From a virus (Duplodnaviria > Heunggongvirae > Uroviricota > Caudoviricetes): 4,826 nt of DNA. The position numbers and the translations under genes are program-made. Within the stretch, counting starts at the first letter, position 1. Each line of letters opens with the position of its first letter. The notes beneath the pieces are model-generated. The model saw only the letters and a program-made list of their open reading frames with translations. It was not told the DNA's origin and did not search any database. This document shows positions 4,721 through 4,826 of the stretch, piece by piece. The stretch is from IMG/VR virus record IMGVR_UViG_2713896787_000012; one strand, given 5' to 3'.

Positions 4721-4826
4721 ATGCGTATAGAGTTTGTTTTGCCTTACCCGCCGACGGTGAACACCTACTGGCGACGTCGTGGCAGCACATATTTTGTATC
4801 AAAAGCCGGTGAGCGTTATCGCCGGG
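4721..4826 (+). CDS. rusA: RusA-like Holliday junction resolvase, 5' part only (continues past the window end)
   Basis: SD AAGAGG at 4709-4714, ATG 4721. N-terminus MRIEFVLPYPPTVNTYWRRRGSTYFVSKAGERYRR matches the RusA N-terminal pattern (ITLPWPPSNNRYYR...VSAEGQAYR, from memory). Confidence 0.75.
   Translation, partial: MRIEFVLPYPPTVNTYWRRRGSTYFVSKAGERYRR

Noticed and set aside
4119-4802. Short ORFs 4119-4304 (+), 4328-4564 (-) and 4572-4802 (-)
   Set aside because: Embedded in or antisense to the YdfU-like and RusA-like genes; no start signals.
1-4826. CRISPR array, tRNA or rRNA genes, transposase or integrase, attachment-site repeats
   Set aside because: No tandem repeat-spacer structure, no cloverleaf-like candidates and no recombinase-like ORFs were seen by eye; this cannot be fully excluded without computation.

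Overview
All credible genes in this 4.8 kb window lie on the + strand, and the content reads as the nin-like accessory region of a lambdoid (enterobacterial) prophage. The order is: a winged-helix-like phage protein (16-552), three small tightly coupled genes (585-1418), an AT-rich small membrane-protein gene (1546-1764), a DUF551-like protein (1766-2323), a 27-codon micro-ORF (2320-2403), a Hok/Gef-family type I toxin-antitoxin locus (about 2411-2865), a secreted YgiW/YdeI (BOF) OB-fold protein with its own terminator (2919-3308), a 90-aa ORF coupled to a YdfU-like DUF968 protein (3385-4708), and the 5' end of a RusA-like resolvase (4721-window end). The hok locus is the best-supported call: it has the promoter, structured leader, in-frame mok, antisense sok promoter and RNA, and a 3' element complementary to the 5' end. 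Two runs of exactly 50 N (1226-1275 and 2627-2676) interrupt one hypothetical gene and the N-terminal/transmembrane part of hok. I see no rRNA, tRNA, CRISPR array, transposase or integrase. Family assignments rest on motif recall and by-eye reading, not on database searches, so they should be confirmed by HMM or BLAST. I do not see a clearly undescribed system; the least-explained modules are the 90-aa ORF / YdfU-like pair and the AT-rich small membrane protein.
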